A stretch of DNA of 60,902 bases from Lachnospiraceae bacterium (GCA_041855735.1 JBHAEV010000154.1:1-60902), one strand, 5' to 3'; shown: positions 47,242 through 57,734, counted from the stretch's first letter. The notes: generated by a model from the letters alone, not told the origin. A program made the numbers and translations.

Positions 47242-48224
47242 GGCTCCTCACTTCCTGATTTATCCGCCCTCTGCCTTTGCATATACCATTGCGAAATCCT
47301 TCTTCTGGCATTCGGGCAAACCACGGTCAGCAAATTCATACAATGATACAAAAACATCCATGCTTCCATACCGCACTCCGGTTCGTCTTTGTACCAAAAT
47401 GTCAATGCCTTGTATTTCTCATATTCCCTGCGAAACGGATTGAAGTTCCCTCTTCGCCAGGGGCGTTCATCCCCGGCAAAATGAATGATAACCGGTTTCT
47501 TTTTCGCGATGCGGTAGCTCTTTTTCGGAATCAGCGAATACACCGCATCGGATTTCACCAGTTCCTCATAACTCCAGTATTTGTAATTGCTGAAGAAATT
47601 GTACTTCGGAGGCAGTATGCGTATCTCCCAGCGAAGCGCCCCGTTGATGGCATCCTGATCCCCGAACATTGCATATTCATTAATGCTTTCATGATAAGCC
47701 AGGATTCTTTCGGTAAAATGCTTCTCTCTCCAGGATTTCAAATCCACCAGAAGCACACCCGAATTAAAATACGGCGCATCGATGTCAAGTCCCGCACGGA
47801 TTTTCGTCATATCGTCAATCGTCGGCTCCATCACCGCGCCGATGCTCTTGCCTCTGAGATCAAAGTGATACAGCTTTGAAAGATCTCCCGTAACCACGGT
47901 ATCGCAGTCCAGATACAGCACCCTCTCCACGTTTTTCGGCAACAGACGATCCATAAAAATCCTGCCCATGATGCTGATGTCAAACTTCCCGGTGTCAACG
48001 GAATAGTCAAATTGATCCCGTATATCTTCCAGATTCCGAAAGATGAGCTCGCGATCGTACATATTCGCCAAATCCTCCAATATCGCTCTGGACTCCTCGG
48101 TAATCCCGGTGGAGAAAACATAGATCACGATCTCACTTGCCTTCGTATGATTCGATAATACGGAAACAAGGCTTGTCGCCAGATGCTTCACATAGTTTTC
48201 ATTGGACACATAGAGTAGGTTCAT
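47238..48224 (-). CDS. family 8 glycosyltransferase
   Basis: The ATG at 48224 follows a GGAGG SD. MNLLYVSNENYVKHL... and the LYLDCDTVV (DxD) motif are typical of GT8. Confidence 0.8.
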   Translation of the reverse strand: MNLLYVSNENYVKHLATSLVSVLSNHTKASEIVIYVFSTGITEESRAILEDLANMYDRELIFRNLEDIRDQFDYSVDTGKFDISIMGRIFMDRLLPKNVERVLYLDCDTVVTGDLSKLYHFDLRGKSIGAVMEPTIDDMTKIRAGLDIDAPYFNSGVLLVDLKSWREKHFTERILAYHESINEYAMFGDQDAINGALRWEIRILPPKYNFFSNYKYWSYEELVKSDAVYSLIPKKSYRIAKKKPVIIHFAGDERPWRRGNFNPFRREYEKYKALTFWYKDEPECGMEAWMFLYHCMNLLTVVCPNARRRISQWYMQRQRADKSGSEEP

Positions 48225-48244
48225 CCGCACCTCCTTCCGCATTT

Positions 48245-49921
48245 TTAATCCCGATGAGAGAACAATCGGTTCACCGCGGAGAAAATGCCGCGAATCGACG
48301 CTCTGGTAATATTCGAAGAAATGCCCACGCCATAGGTCGTTCTGCCGGTTTTTACATCCATCAGGTGAATGTAGGATGCCGCCTTCGCATTCGAACCGGT
48401 CGTCAGCGCATGCTCATTGTAATCCAGAACCTTAATTTCGATGCCGAGTTCCGCCTCCAGTCCGGCACGCACCGCATCAATCGGTCCGTTTCCGACGCCT
48501 TCAAAGCTCTTCTCCACACCGTCATCCCGGTAATTCACCTTAACCAATGTCGCGAATTCGCCGTCCTCATCTTCCGTTTCGGTAATCATGCACTTTGCAA
48601 AATGAATCGGTTCCTTTCTCTCGATATATGCTGCGGAGAATTCTTTGTAAATCTGCTCCGGAGACACCTCTCCCTGAATCTCGGAAATCTTTTGAATGAT
48701 GTCCGCGAACTCCTTGTGCATGCCTTTCGGAAGCTTGAAGCCGTAGAAGGTATCGAGAATAAATGCAACTCCGCCCTTGCCGGACTGAGAATTGATGCGC
48801 ACCACCGGCTCGTATTTCCGTCCGATATCGCTCGGATCGATCGGAAGATACGGCACTTCCCAAAACGGATTTTTTCTGGAAATCATCATTTGAATTCCCT
48901 TGTTGATGGCATCCTGATGGGAACCGGAGAACGCGGTGAATACCAGCTGTCCGGCATACGGGTGACGCGGTCCGATGCTCATCTTCGTACATCTTTCATA
49001 CACTTCCGCAATCTCTTTTACATCTTCAATGTTTAACTGCGGATCGATGCCGTGGGAGAACATATTGTAGGCAAGGGTCAGAATGTCCACATTACCGGTT
49101 CTCTCCCCGTTTCCGAAAAGAGTTCCCTCCACCCTGTCGGCACCGGCAAGCAATGCAAATTCCGCCGCCGCAATGCCCGTACCTCTGTCATTGTGCGGAT
49201 GGACACTCAAAATAATGCTGTCCCTGTCTTCAAAATGCGTATGCATCCATTCAATTTGATCCGCATACACATTCGGAGTCGTCATCTCCACGGTTGCCGG
49301 CAAATTGATAATGATCTTTTTGTCCTTTGTGGCACCCCATGTTTTTTGCACCGCCGTACAGACATCCAGAGCAAAATCCAGCTCCGTACCGGTAAAACTC
49401 TCCGGTGAATACTCCAAAATGATCTCACCGTCATGTTCCGGCAAACAGGCCTTTACCATCTCCACGCCTTCCACGGCGATTTTCTTGATATCCTCTTTGG
49501 ATTTGTTGAAGACCACATCCCTTTGCAATGCGGATGTGGAGTTGTAAATATGAACCACGGATTTTTTGATGCCGCGAATCGCCTCAAAGGTACGTTTGAT
49601 CAGATGCTCACGGCATTGCACCAGTACCTGCACCTGCACATCGTCGGGAATCAGCTTTCTCTCCACCAGCTGACGCAGGAAATCGAATTCAATCTGGGAG
49701 GCAGCCGGAAATCCGATTTCGATTTCCTTGAATCCAAGCTTCACCAAAAGATTGAACATCTCGACTTTTTCTTCCACCACCATCGGCTCAATCAATGCCT
49801 GATTTCCGTCTCTCAAATCCACAGAACACCAAATCGGCGCGTGCATAATTTCCTTGCACGGCCATGTTCTTTCCGGAAAATCCACAACCGGAACTCTTTT
49901 GTATCTGCTTAAATTCTTCAT
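48245..49921 (-). CDS. leuA: 2-isopropylmalate synthase (long LeuA type)
   Basis: ...WCSVDLRDGNQAL..., HPHNDRGTG, and a C-terminal regulatory domain. 558 aa. Confidence 0.9.
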   Translation of the reverse strand: MKNLSRYKRVPVVDFPERTWPCKEIMHAPIWCSVDLRDGNQALIEPMVVEEKVEMFNLLVKLGFKEIEIGFPAASQIEFDFLRQLVERKLIPDDVQVQVLVQCREHLIKRTFEAIRGIKKSVVHIYNSTSALQRDVVFNKSKEDIKKIAVEGVEMVKACLPEHDGEIILEYSPESFTGTELDFALDVCTAVQKTWGATKDKKIIINLPATVEMTTPNVYADQIEWMHTHFEDRDSIILSVHPHNDRGTGIAAAEFALLAGADRVEGTLFGNGERTGNVDILTLAYNMFSHGIDPQLNIEDVKEIAEVYERCTKMSIGPRHPYAGQLVFTAFSGSHQDAINKGIQMMISRKNPFWEVPYLPIDPSDIGRKYEPVVRINSQSGKGGVAFILDTFYGFKLPKGMHKEFADIIQKISEIQGEVSPEQIYKEFSAAYIERKEPIHFAKCMITETEDEDGEFATLVKVNYRDDGVEKSFEGVGNGPIDAVRAGLEAELGIEIKVLDYNEHALTTGSNAKAASYIHLMDVKTGRTTYGVGISSNITRASIRGIFSAVNRLFSHRD

Positions 49922-49947
49922 CAGATCTCTCCTCCCTTTTCAACAGA

Positions 49948-51306
49948 CTAGTTTACAACCAATCCCTCTTTTTTCATCACCGAAATGACTTCCTCCACAC
50001 AGGCTTCGCAGGTTTGCATATCTCCCGCTTCCACCATCACTCTGACCAGTGGCTCGGTTCCGCTGGCACGCACCAGAATTCTTCCGTCCGTACCCAGTCT
50101 TTCGCCGACGGCATTCACCGCAGCCAAAACCGCCGTATTGGACTGCGCCGTTTCCTTATCGGTCACTCTGACATTTTTCAACACTTGCGGGTATACCTTG
50201 AATCCGGACACCAGCTTGGACAGTACCTCTTTCTTTTCGATCATAACCCCCATCACTTTGAGAGATGTCAGGATTCCGTCGCCTGTGGTGGCATGCTTCG
50301 AAAAAATAATATGCCCGGATTGCTCTCCGCCCAGACAGTGTCCGTTGGTTTGCATGTTTTCGTACACAAACCGGTCTCCCACCGCCGTCTTTTCATAGGA
50401 AATGCCCTCCTTGTCAAAGGCCTTATACAGTCCGAAGTTTGACATCACCGTGGTTACCACGGTATTGTTGCACAAACTGCCGTTTTCTTTCATAAATAAA
50501 CCGCAAAGATAGAGAATGGCATCTCCATCCACCACATCCCCCTTCTCATCCACCGCAATGCAGCGATCCGCATCTCCGTCAAATGCAAAACCGATGTCAC
50601 AGCCTTCCTTTTTCACAAAATCGCATAATTTTTCGATATGGGTGGAACCGCAGTCCAGATTGATGTTTATGCCGTTCGGATTGCTGTTGATCACATAGGT
50701 ATCCGCTCCCAGAGCATCAAATACATTCTTGGCAATTGCGGATGCCGAACCGTTGGAGCAGTCCAATGCCACTTTCATCCTCTTGAAGGATCGGGTCGGA
50801 ATGGAAATCAGATATCCGATGTAGCGATTTCTGCCGGCACTGAAATCCTGGGTTCTTCCGATTTCATCGCGCCTTGCCAGCGGAATTTCGGGCGTCAGTC
50901 CGTCCAGATATTCCTCAATCTTTGCACTGACCTCGTCTTCCAGCTTCTCACCGCTTCCGTTGATCACCTTGATTCCATTGTCGTAGAAAGGATTGTGACT
51001 GGCACTGATCATAATTCCGCAGTCAAAATCTTCCGTTCTTACCACATAGGACACACTCGGCGTTGTCGTCACATGCAGCAGATACACATCCGCTCCGGAA
51101 GCCGTAAGCCCGGCTGCCAGAGAATACTCGAACATATAGCTTGACCGGCGTGTGTCCTTTCCGATAACCACCCGACATTTATTGTCCTGCTTCGGATTCT
51201 GCCCGTAGTACCATCCGAGAAATCTTCCCACCTTATATGCGTGCTCCACCGTCAAATCCACATTTGCTTCTCCGCGAAATCCGTCCGTTCCGAAATACTT
51301 TCCCAT
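49948..51306 (-). CDS. glmM: phosphoglucosamine mutase
   Basis: The ATG at 51306 (SD AAGGAG) gives MGKYFGTDGFRGEAN. Active-site motif SASHNP. Confidence 0.92.
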   Translation of the reverse strand: MGKYFGTDGFRGEANVDLTVEHAYKVGRFLGWYYGQNPKQDNKCRVVIGKDTRRSSYMFEYSLAAGLTASGADVYLLHVTTTPSVSYVVRTEDFDCGIMISASHNPFYDNGIKVINGSGEKLEDEVSAKIEEYLDGLTPEIPLARRDEIGRTQDFSAGRNRYIGYLISIPTRSFKRMKVALDCSNGSASAIAKNVFDALGADTYVINSNPNGININLDCGSTHIEKLCDFVKKEGCDIGFAFDGDADRCIAVDEKGDVVDGDAILYLCGLFMKENGSLCNNTVVTTVMSNFGLYKAFDKEGISYEKTAVGDRFVYENMQTNGHCLGGEQSGHIIFSKHATTGDGILTSLKVMGVMIEKKEVLSKLVSGFKVYPQVLKNVRVTDKETAQSNTAVLAAVNAVGERLGTDGRILVRASGTEPLVRVMVEAGDMQTCEACVEEVISVMKKEGLVVN

Positions 51307-51381
51307 GTACACTCCTTTCCTTTGCCGTATGATCGACTCCGTCGAGAGTATGTTTCTCGAAATAAAGCCGATGCTATCGGC

Positions 51382-52233
51382 TTATTCTTCGTTTTTATCA
51401 AGTTCTTCCAAATATCTTTTTAAAGCATCCTGCCAGTCCGGCATTCTGTTGATTCCGATCGTATCCAGCTTGGATTTGTCCATTCTGGAATTGTTCGGCC
51501 GCTTTGCCTTTACCGGAAATTGATCGGAACTTACCGGTGTCACTTCCACCGCAAGTTTGGCTTGCGCAAAAATCTCTTTTGCAAACTCATACCAGGAGCA
51601 ATATCCCTCATTGGTGGCATGGTACCTGCCGTAGTGTTCGGTCACGATCAGGTCCGCCAGCAATACCGATAAATCCGGTGTGTATGTCGGCGATCCGACC
51701 TGGTCGTTCACCACGCTGACCGCGCCTCTTTCTCTGCCGAGCTTCAGCATCGTTTTGATGAAATTGTTGCCGTGCAGACCGAATACCCAGGAGATCCTTA
51801 CAATGAAAAACTTCTTCAGTTCTTCCACCGCCAACTCGCCCTCATACTTCATCTGTCCGTAAACATTCAAAGGCGCTCTTTCATCATCCGGCTCCCAAGG
51901 TCTTTCTCCCTTGCCGTCAAAGACATAATCCGTGGAAATATACATCAATGTGATGTCCGAATCCTTTGCCGCGGCGGCAATATTCTTTGTACCCTGTGCG
52001 TTGATCCGTCGTACCAGCTCCGGTTCGTCCTCCGCCCTGTCGACTGCCGTATGCGCCGCACAGTGGATAATGGCATCCGGTTTTTCCCGGCTGATGACCG
52101 CTCTGCAGGCATCTTCATTCGTAATATCCATCTCCTCGATATCCACTCCGACATACTCGATGCCCCTTTTGCCAAGTTCCGCACACAAATCGCGACCCAG
52201 CTGTCCTTTGGCACCCGTTACCATGATTTTCAT
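51382..52233 (-). CDS. rfbD: dTDP-4-dehydrorhamnose reductase
   Basis: MKIMVTGAKGQLG... RmlD-like sequence throughout. The ATG at 52233 has a GGGAGA SD. Confidence 0.9.
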   Translation of the reverse strand: MKIMVTGAKGQLGRDLCAELGKRGIEYVGVDIEEMDITNEDACRAVISREKPDAIIHCAAHTAVDRAEDEPELVRRINAQGTKNIAAAAKDSDITLMYISTDYVFDGKGERPWEPDDERAPLNVYGQMKYEGELAVEELKKFFIVRISWVFGLHGNNFIKTMLKLGRERGAVSVVNDQVGSPTYTPDLSVLLADLIVTEHYGRYHATNEGYCSWYEFAKEIFAQAKLAVEVTPVSSDQFPVKAKRPNNSRMDKSKLDTIGINRMPDWQDALKRYLEELDKNEE

Positions 52234-52334
52234 TCTCAATCTCCCATCCTTTGGCCTAAAACCTCACCTTGTCCGATCCGTACCGAATCCGTTTCTCTGA
52301 AACCGTCCCCTTTGAAACTTCCCGGAGATTTTGC

Positions 52335-53360
52335 TCAATCCAGCCGGTGTTTGTACATACTGTCGAAATACCTGGTGTACTCGCCGCTGATGATATTCTT
52401 CCACCATTCTTCATTCTCCAAATACCATTCAATGGTCTTCTTGATGCCGGTATCAAAATTGTATTCCGGCTTCCATCCAAGTTCCGTTTCGATCTTGGTC
52501 GGGTCGATCGCATATCGCATATCATGCCCCGGACGATCGGTTACAAACTTGATCAGACTCTCCGGTTTGTTCAGCGCCTTCAGTATGGTCTTAACCACCT
52601 CCAGATTCGTACGTTCATTGTGACCGCCGATGTTGTAGACTTCACCGACTCTGCCCTTCTTTAAAATCAAATCGATCGCCTTGCAATGGTCGGTCACATA
52701 GAGCCAGTCTCGTACATTCTCGCCTTTGCCGTACACCGGAAGCTCCTCGTTTGCAAGCGCTCTGCTGATAATCAGCGGAATCAGCTTCTCCGGAAAATGG
52801 AAAGGACCGTAGTTGTTGGAACATCTGGATATGGTCACGGGCAATCCGTAGGTTCTGTGATACGCCTGTACGAACAGATCGGCGCTTGCTTTTGCCGACG
52901 AATACGGACTGGAGGTATGAAGCGGAGTCTCCTCCGTAAAGAACAAGTCCGGTCTGTCCAAAGGCAAATCCCCGTACACCTCGTCCGTGCTGACCTGATG
53001 GTATCTCGTAATGCCGTATTTTACACAGGCATCGAGCAGTGTGGTCGCGCCGATGACATTCGTCCGTACAAAAACTTCCGGATCGGTGATGGAGCGATCC
53101 ACATGGCTCTCCGCCGCAAAATTCACCACAACATCCGGCTTTTCCTCTTCAAACAATTTAAAAATAAAATCCCGATCGGCAATATCTCCCCTTACAAACT
53201 TATAATTCGGCGCATCCTCCACGGACTTTAATGTTTCCAGATTGCCGGCATAGGTCAGCAGATCCAGATTGACAATCCGGTCGTTCGGATATGCATTCAC
53301 CATATATTGCACAAAATTCCCTCCGATAAAACCGGCTCCGCCTGTAACAATGATTTTCAT
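52335..53360 (-). CDS. rfbB: dTDP-glucose 4,6-dehydratase
   Basis: The ATG at 53360 gives MKIIVTGGAGFIGGNF. Catalytic YSSAKASAD motif. Confidence 0.93.
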   Translation of the reverse strand: MKIIVTGGAGFIGGNFVQYMVNAYPNDRIVNLDLLTYAGNLETLKSVEDAPNYKFVRGDIADRDFIFKLFEEEKPDVVVNFAAESHVDRSITDPEVFVRTNVIGATTLLDACVKYGITRYHQVSTDEVYGDLPLDRPDLFFTEETPLHTSSPYSSAKASADLFVQAYHRTYGLPVTISRCSNNYGPFHFPEKLIPLIISRALANEELPVYGKGENVRDWLYVTDHCKAIDLILKKGRVGEVYNIGGHNERTNLEVVKTILKALNKPESLIKFVTDRPGHDMRYAIDPTKIETELGWKPEYNFDTGIKKTIEWYLENEEWWKNIISGEYTRYFDSMYKHRLD

Positions 53361-53376
53361 ATTCTCTTTCCTTCCC

Positions 53377-53874
53377 TTATGCAAATAATTCTCTGATCTT
53401 ACTTGCATCCACCAGGTTCAAATATTTGGATGCCGCAATTTTGCCTTCGAAGATATAGCTCGGCACCGCATCAAATGCCAGCTCTCCCCAGACTTTTTGA
53501 TTGTTCGCAATGACTTTGTCCGCGTATTTGTTATTTGTAAGCAACTCGACCACATCGGCTTTGAGTGCACCGCATTCCTTTGCCAAATCCGCAAGCAATT
53601 CGATGTCGTCGATTCGAACCTTGTCTTCGAAATGTGCCGCATATACCAGATCTTTAAACTTCCCTGTCTGAAGTTCCTTTTCCTGAAGATATATCATGGT
53701 CTGCGCCGCCAGATCCGAATGCACCTCGGCAAATTCCGGTCTCGGATGCGCTTCGCATGGGTACCAGACGACTTCCACATCTTTTTGTTCGCGCAACACA
53801 TCCTCAAACTCTTTTAGCCCCTTATAGCAATAAGGACAGGTAAAGTCGAAATACACCTCTATTTTCTTGCTCAT
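53377..53874 (-). CDS. DsbA/thioredoxin-fold family protein
   Basis: VYFDFTCPYCY (CPYC redox motif). 165 aa. Confidence 0.7.
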   Translation of the reverse strand: MSKKIEVYFDFTCPYCYKGLKEFEDVLREQKDVEVVWYPCEAHPRPEFAEVHSDLAAQTMIYLQEKELQTGKFKDLVYAAHFEDKVRIDDIELLADLAKECGALKADVVELLTNNKYADKVIANNQKVWGELAFDAVPSYIFEGKIAASKYLNLVDASKIRELFA

Positions 53875-54069
53875 ATATCCTCCTCAGACTAGATAATCTT
53901 ATACAAATGTGTTATCATTGTAGCATTAATGGGGCCATGTTTCAAGACTTTGCAAATTACCGAAAAGCGGTGCAAAGCCAAAAGAAAGATCGACTCCGAA
54001 AAGCGATCGGCTTTTTAAAAGCCGCATCCTTTTGCAGATCGTTCGCCCCGAAATATCAGAGGAGAGATT

Positions 54070-55161
54070 ATGAGGAAAATTATTTTAACCGGCGACAGAC
54101 CCACCGGCAAGTTGCATCTTGGTCACTATGTCGGAAGTCTGCATCGCAGAGTGCAGATGCAGGATTCCGGAGAATTCGATGAAATTTTTATTATGATCGC
54201 CGATGCGCAGGCGCTCACGGACAATTTTGACAATCCGGAGAAGATCCGTCAAAGCATTGTGGAAGTTGCGCTGGATTATCTCAGCGCCGGAATCGATCCG
54301 AAAAAAACCACCATTTTTATTCAATCCGAGATTTCCGAGCTGACCGAGCTGACATTCTACTATATGGATCTTGTCACGGTGTCCCGATTGTATCGCAATC
54401 CGACCGTTAAGGCGGAAATCGGACTTCGAAACTTCGAAACCAGCATTCCGGTCGGATTTTTGACCTATCCGATTTCCCAGGCCGCGGATATCACCGCATT
54501 CAAGGCGACCTTGGTGCCGGTCGGCGATGACCAGTTGCCGATGATCGAGCAGACCAGAGAAATCGTCCGCAAATTCAATTCCACCTATGCCGAAGTTCTG
54601 GTGGAACCGGATGCCTCGATTCCGGAGGACAGTGCCAGCCGAAGACTTCCGGGTACGGACGGAAAGTCAAAGATGAGCAAATCTCTGGGCAATTGCATCT
54701 ACCTCTCCGACAATTCCAAGGATGTGTGGGAAAAGGTTCGCAGCATGTACACCGACCCGAATCACATTCAGGTCAGCGACCCGGGACAGGTGGAAGGCAA
54801 TGCCGTATTTACATATCTGGATGCCTTTTGCGAGCCGCATCATTTTGAAAAATTCCTGCCGGAATACAAGGATTTGGACGAACTGAAAGCCCATTATACC
54901 AAAGGGGGACTGGGCGACATGAAAGTGAAGAAATTCCTCTATGCCATTTTGGAGGAGGTCATGGAACCGATCCGCCAAAGAAGAGCCGAATACGAAAAAG
55001 ATATTCCGGGAGTATTCCGCATTCTGAAAGAGGGCACCGAAATTGCCAGAGCCAAAGCCGCTCAAACACTTCGGGAGGTAAAGCAGGCCATGAAGATCAA
55101 CTATTTCGAGGATGAAGAATTGATTCGTTCTCTGTCCGAGAAATATCAAAAAAACGAATAG
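54070..55161 (+). CDS. trpS: tryptophan--tRNA ligase (long, type-2-like form)
   Basis: [18 protein letters not shown] (HIGH-like) and KMSKS motifs. 363 aa. SD GAGGAGAG. Confidence 0.9.
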   Translation: MRKIILTGDRPTGKLHLGHYVGSLHRRVQMQDSGEFDEIFIMIADAQALTDNFDNPEKIRQSIVEVALDYLSAGIDPKKTTIFIQSEISELTELTFYYMDLVTVSRLYRNPTVKAEIGLRNFETSIPVGFLTYPISQAADITAFKATLVPVGDDQLPMIEQTREIVRKFNSTYAEVLVEPDASIPEDSASRRLPGTDGKSKMSKSLGNCIYLSDNSKDVWEKVRSMYTDPNHIQVSDPGQVEGNAVFTYLDAFCEPHHFEKFLPEYKDLDELKAHYTKGGLGDMKVKKFLYAILEEVMEPIRQRRAEYEKDIPGVFRILKEGTEIARAKAAQTLREVKQAMKINYFEDEELIRSLSEKYQKNE

Positions 55162-55171
55162 AGAGGGATGT

Positions 55172-55651
55172 ATGGAAAAAATAGCCAGCTTTACCGTAAA
55201 TCATCTGACATTGCTGCCCGGAATCTATGTGTCCCGAAAGGACTTTTTGGGTGCGGAATGTGTGACGACCTTTGACATCCGAATGACCGCTCCGAACCGG
55301 GAACCGGTGATGAATACTGCCCAGATGCATGCCATCGAACACCTCGGTGCGACCTATCTTCGCAATCATAAACAATTCGGATCAAAAATCATCTACTTCG
55401 GACCGATGGGATGCCGTACCGGTTTCTATCTGCTGCTTCACGGCGATTATAAGTCCGGGGACATTGTGGATCTGGTGTATGCCATGTTTTCCTTTATCCG
55501 TAATTTTGAAGGGGATATTCCGGGAGCCGTGCCGAGAGACTGCGGCAATTGCCACGATATGAATCTGCCGATGGCAAAGTACATCGCCGAAAAATTTATA
55601 ACGGATACTCTGGAGCGGATGGACGAAAGCCGATTGGTGTATCCGGATTGA
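55172..55651 (+). CDS. luxS: S-ribosylhomocysteine lyase
   Basis: HAIEH metal motif, conserved GCRTGFY and ...CGN... motifs. 159 aa. Confidence 0.92.
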   Translation: MEKIASFTVNHLTLLPGIYVSRKDFLGAECVTTFDIRMTAPNREPVMNTAQMHAIEHLGATYLRNHKQFGSKIIYFGPMGCRTGFYLLLHGDYKSGDIVDLVYAMFSFIRNFEGDIPGAVPRDCGNCHDMNLPMAKYIAEKFITDTLERMDESRLVYPD

Positions 55652-55682
55652 TTCTCATTAATTTTATGAAAGGATATTTACT

Positions 55683-56573
55683 ATGAAAGGAATTGTGCTT
55701 GCCGGAGGCAGCGGCACCCGATTGTATCCGCTGACCATGGTGACCTCCAAACAACTTTTACCGATTTATGATAAACCGATGATTTATTACCCGATTTCCG
55801 TACTCATGCAGGCAGGCATTCGTGAAATCCTGATCATCTCCACCCCGGAAGACACCCCGAGATTTAGGGAGCTGCTCGGAAACGGAAGCCAGTTCGGTCT
55901 GGAGCTGAGCTATGCCGTTCAGCCAAAGCCCGAAGGACTGGCACAGGCTTTCATCATCGGTGCGGATTTTGTCGGCGACGACCCGGTTGCCATGATTCTC
56001 GGCGACAATATCTTCCAGGGACAGGGATTGTCCGAACATCTTTTGGATGCGGCGAAGAAACAGGTCGGCGCAACCGTATTCGGATACTATGTGGACGATC
56101 CGGAGCGTTTCGGCATCGTGGAATTCAACAGCGAAGGAAGGGCGATTTCCATCGAGGAAAAGCCGGAAAAACCGAAGAGCAATTACTGCGTGACCGGTTT
56201 GTACTTCTACGACAACCGCGTTGTGGAATATGCCAGAAATCTGAAGCCGTCCAAACGAGGAGAACTGGAGATCACGGATCTGAACCGCATCTACCTGGAT
56301 GCTGGCGAATTGGACGTGAAAGTTCTGGGGCAGGGCTTTACATGGCTTGACACCGGTACCCATGAAAGTCTGGTCGAAGCCACCAATTTCGTTTACACAT
56401 TGGAAACCCATCAGCACCGCAAGATTGCCTGTCTGGAAGAGATCGCCTATGTCAACGGCTGGATCACGAAAGAGGATGTGGAAAAGTCCATCGAAGTGTT
56501 TAAAAAGAACCAGTACGGGAAATACCTCAAGGATGTACTGGACGGAAAGTATCTGGACAAGATAAAAAAATAA
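55683..56573 (+). CDS. rfbA: glucose-1-phosphate thymidylyltransferase
   Basis: [18 protein letters not shown]...[16 protein letters not shown]. 296 aa. Confidence 0.93.
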   Translation: MKGIVLAGGSGTRLYPLTMVTSKQLLPIYDKPMIYYPISVLMQAGIREILIISTPEDTPRFRELLGNGSQFGLELSYAVQPKPEGLAQAFIIGADFVGDDPVAMILGDNIFQGQGLSEHLLDAAKKQVGATVFGYYVDDPERFGIVEFNSEGRAISIEEKPEKPKSNYCVTGLYFYDNRVVEYARNLKPSKRGELEITDLNRIYLDAGELDVKVLGQGFTWLDTGTHESLVEATNFVYTLETHQHRKIACLEEIAYVNGWITKEDVEKSIEVFKKNQYGKYLKDVLDGKYLDKIKK

Positions 56574-56770
56574 TACAATGGAAACTTCTTTTTTGGTGCG
56601 GTCCATCGCAGATAAAAGCAGTGGTCGATAACCATATTGGAAAATATATCCCTGCAGAACTTATGAACCCGACTATAAACGGCTGATGATCGAAGCCTCG
56701 ATTGCAAAGTCCCCCCCTCATGCTTGCAGAGCAAAAAAAGGGGGGAATCAAGCAATCGGAAGGATATGCT

Positions 56771-57694
56771 CTACACCATCGTCAGTCGATTCAACAAATC
56801 TGAAACTATACCCGGATCCTCCATCAGCGATATTCCAAAACATTTCTTCCCTGCATCCTTTATGGATGCTCCAATATGATAAGCTGTTTTTCTATCCAGG
56901 ATAAGGAACCTGTCATGGAACACATGCGTCCTTTTGACCGTCAAAGTCGGGTACTGCGCATTAAAGGTAGCCTCATCCTTTTTTGTGAGCTGTGCACTCG
57001 CATATGTATAAATCTTCACAGCTGTGCCTTTATTCTTCTTCAACAAAATGTTCAAAGTGTCAATGTCAACATAGCCGTCAATCAAGATAATCTCATTCTG
57101 CGCTTTTTTTATGATATCTGTGATCAGACGAAAAGCATCATATATCTGACCATCAAAGAATACCTTTTGTTTTGCTTCCGCACGATCTTCAATATACCGG
57201 AAAACTTTGTCAAATTTCTCATCTGTGCTTCTCTGATACTCCAGCTGCTTCAATTCTATGTTGCTGACTTTCTCAAACAGCAGCGTATTATTAGCGATAA
57301 ACCTTCGAATTTCAACAAATGTATTCATTATCCGAATTGATACCTGAATCGCCACATCGCTCCTAAGAACCCCGGAAAGCATTGCGATTCCTTGCTCTGT
57401 AAACATGTATGGTCTATATCTTCTGCCGCCTCTCCCATTTGAGGTTGCAATCTGTGACCTCAAAGCATCAAATTCATCTTTTGTAAGCTGGAATCTGAAA
57501 TTCTCCGGAAAACGTTCTATATTTCTGTTTACAGCTTGATTTAAGGCCTTTGTTTCAACTTGGTAAAGCATCGCAAGATCTCTATCGAGCATAACTTGTT
57601 GCCCACGAACCACATATATTAGACTCCGAATATCCTTGATATCTGCCATTACAGGAATACTCTCTGTCGATTGCATCCGCTCATTTTTCGCCAT
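56771..57694 (-). CDS. ORF6N (KilA-N-type) DNA-binding domain protein with conserved C-terminal HDRFLILD...HIGASIKDAGKK domain
   Basis: The N-terminus IYVVRGQQVMLDRDLAMLYQVETKALNQAVNRNIERFPENFRFQLT...RSQIATSNGRGGRRYRPYMFTEQGIAMLS is the ORF6N signature. I prefer the ATG at 57694 (SD GGAGGTG, 5-nt spacer). An in-frame upstream ATG at 57751 exists. Confidence 0.75.
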   Translation of the reverse strand: MAKNERMQSTESIPVMADIKDIRSLIYVVRGQQVMLDRDLAMLYQVETKALNQAVNRNIERFPENFRFQLTKDEFDALRSQIATSNGRGGRRYRPYMFTEQGIAMLSGVLRSDVAIQVSIRIMNTFVEIRRFIANNTLLFEKVSNIELKQLEYQRSTDEKFDKVFRYIEDRAEAKQKVFFDGQIYDAFRLITDIIKKAQNEIILIDGYVDIDTLNILLKKNKGTAVKIYTYASAQLTKKDEATFNAQYPTLTVKRTHVFHDRFLILDRKTAYHIGASIKDAGKKCFGISLMEDPGIVSDLLNRLTMV

Positions 57695-57707
57695 TTGCAC
57701 CTCCACG

Positions 57708-57734
57708 TTTGAGGTCACAAATTGTGACTTCAAA
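57708..57734. promoter_or_regulatory. 27-nt palindrome TTTGAGGTCACAAATTGTGACTTCAAA just upstream of the ORF6N SD
   Basis: Near-perfect dyad centred on GTCACAA-A-TTGTGAC. A related copy lies inside the CDS at 57438-57464. Confidence 0.6.

Noticed and set aside
48137-49036. 299-aa plus-strand ORF. Similar long antisense ORFs lie at 30495..31364, 51772..52623, 28828..29505, 20981..21781 and 55758..56606.
   Set aside because: Each one overlaps, on the opposite strand, a gene with unambiguous enzyme motifs (leuA, garR, rfbD/rfbB, garD, tctA, rfbA). None has an SD or recognisable domains.
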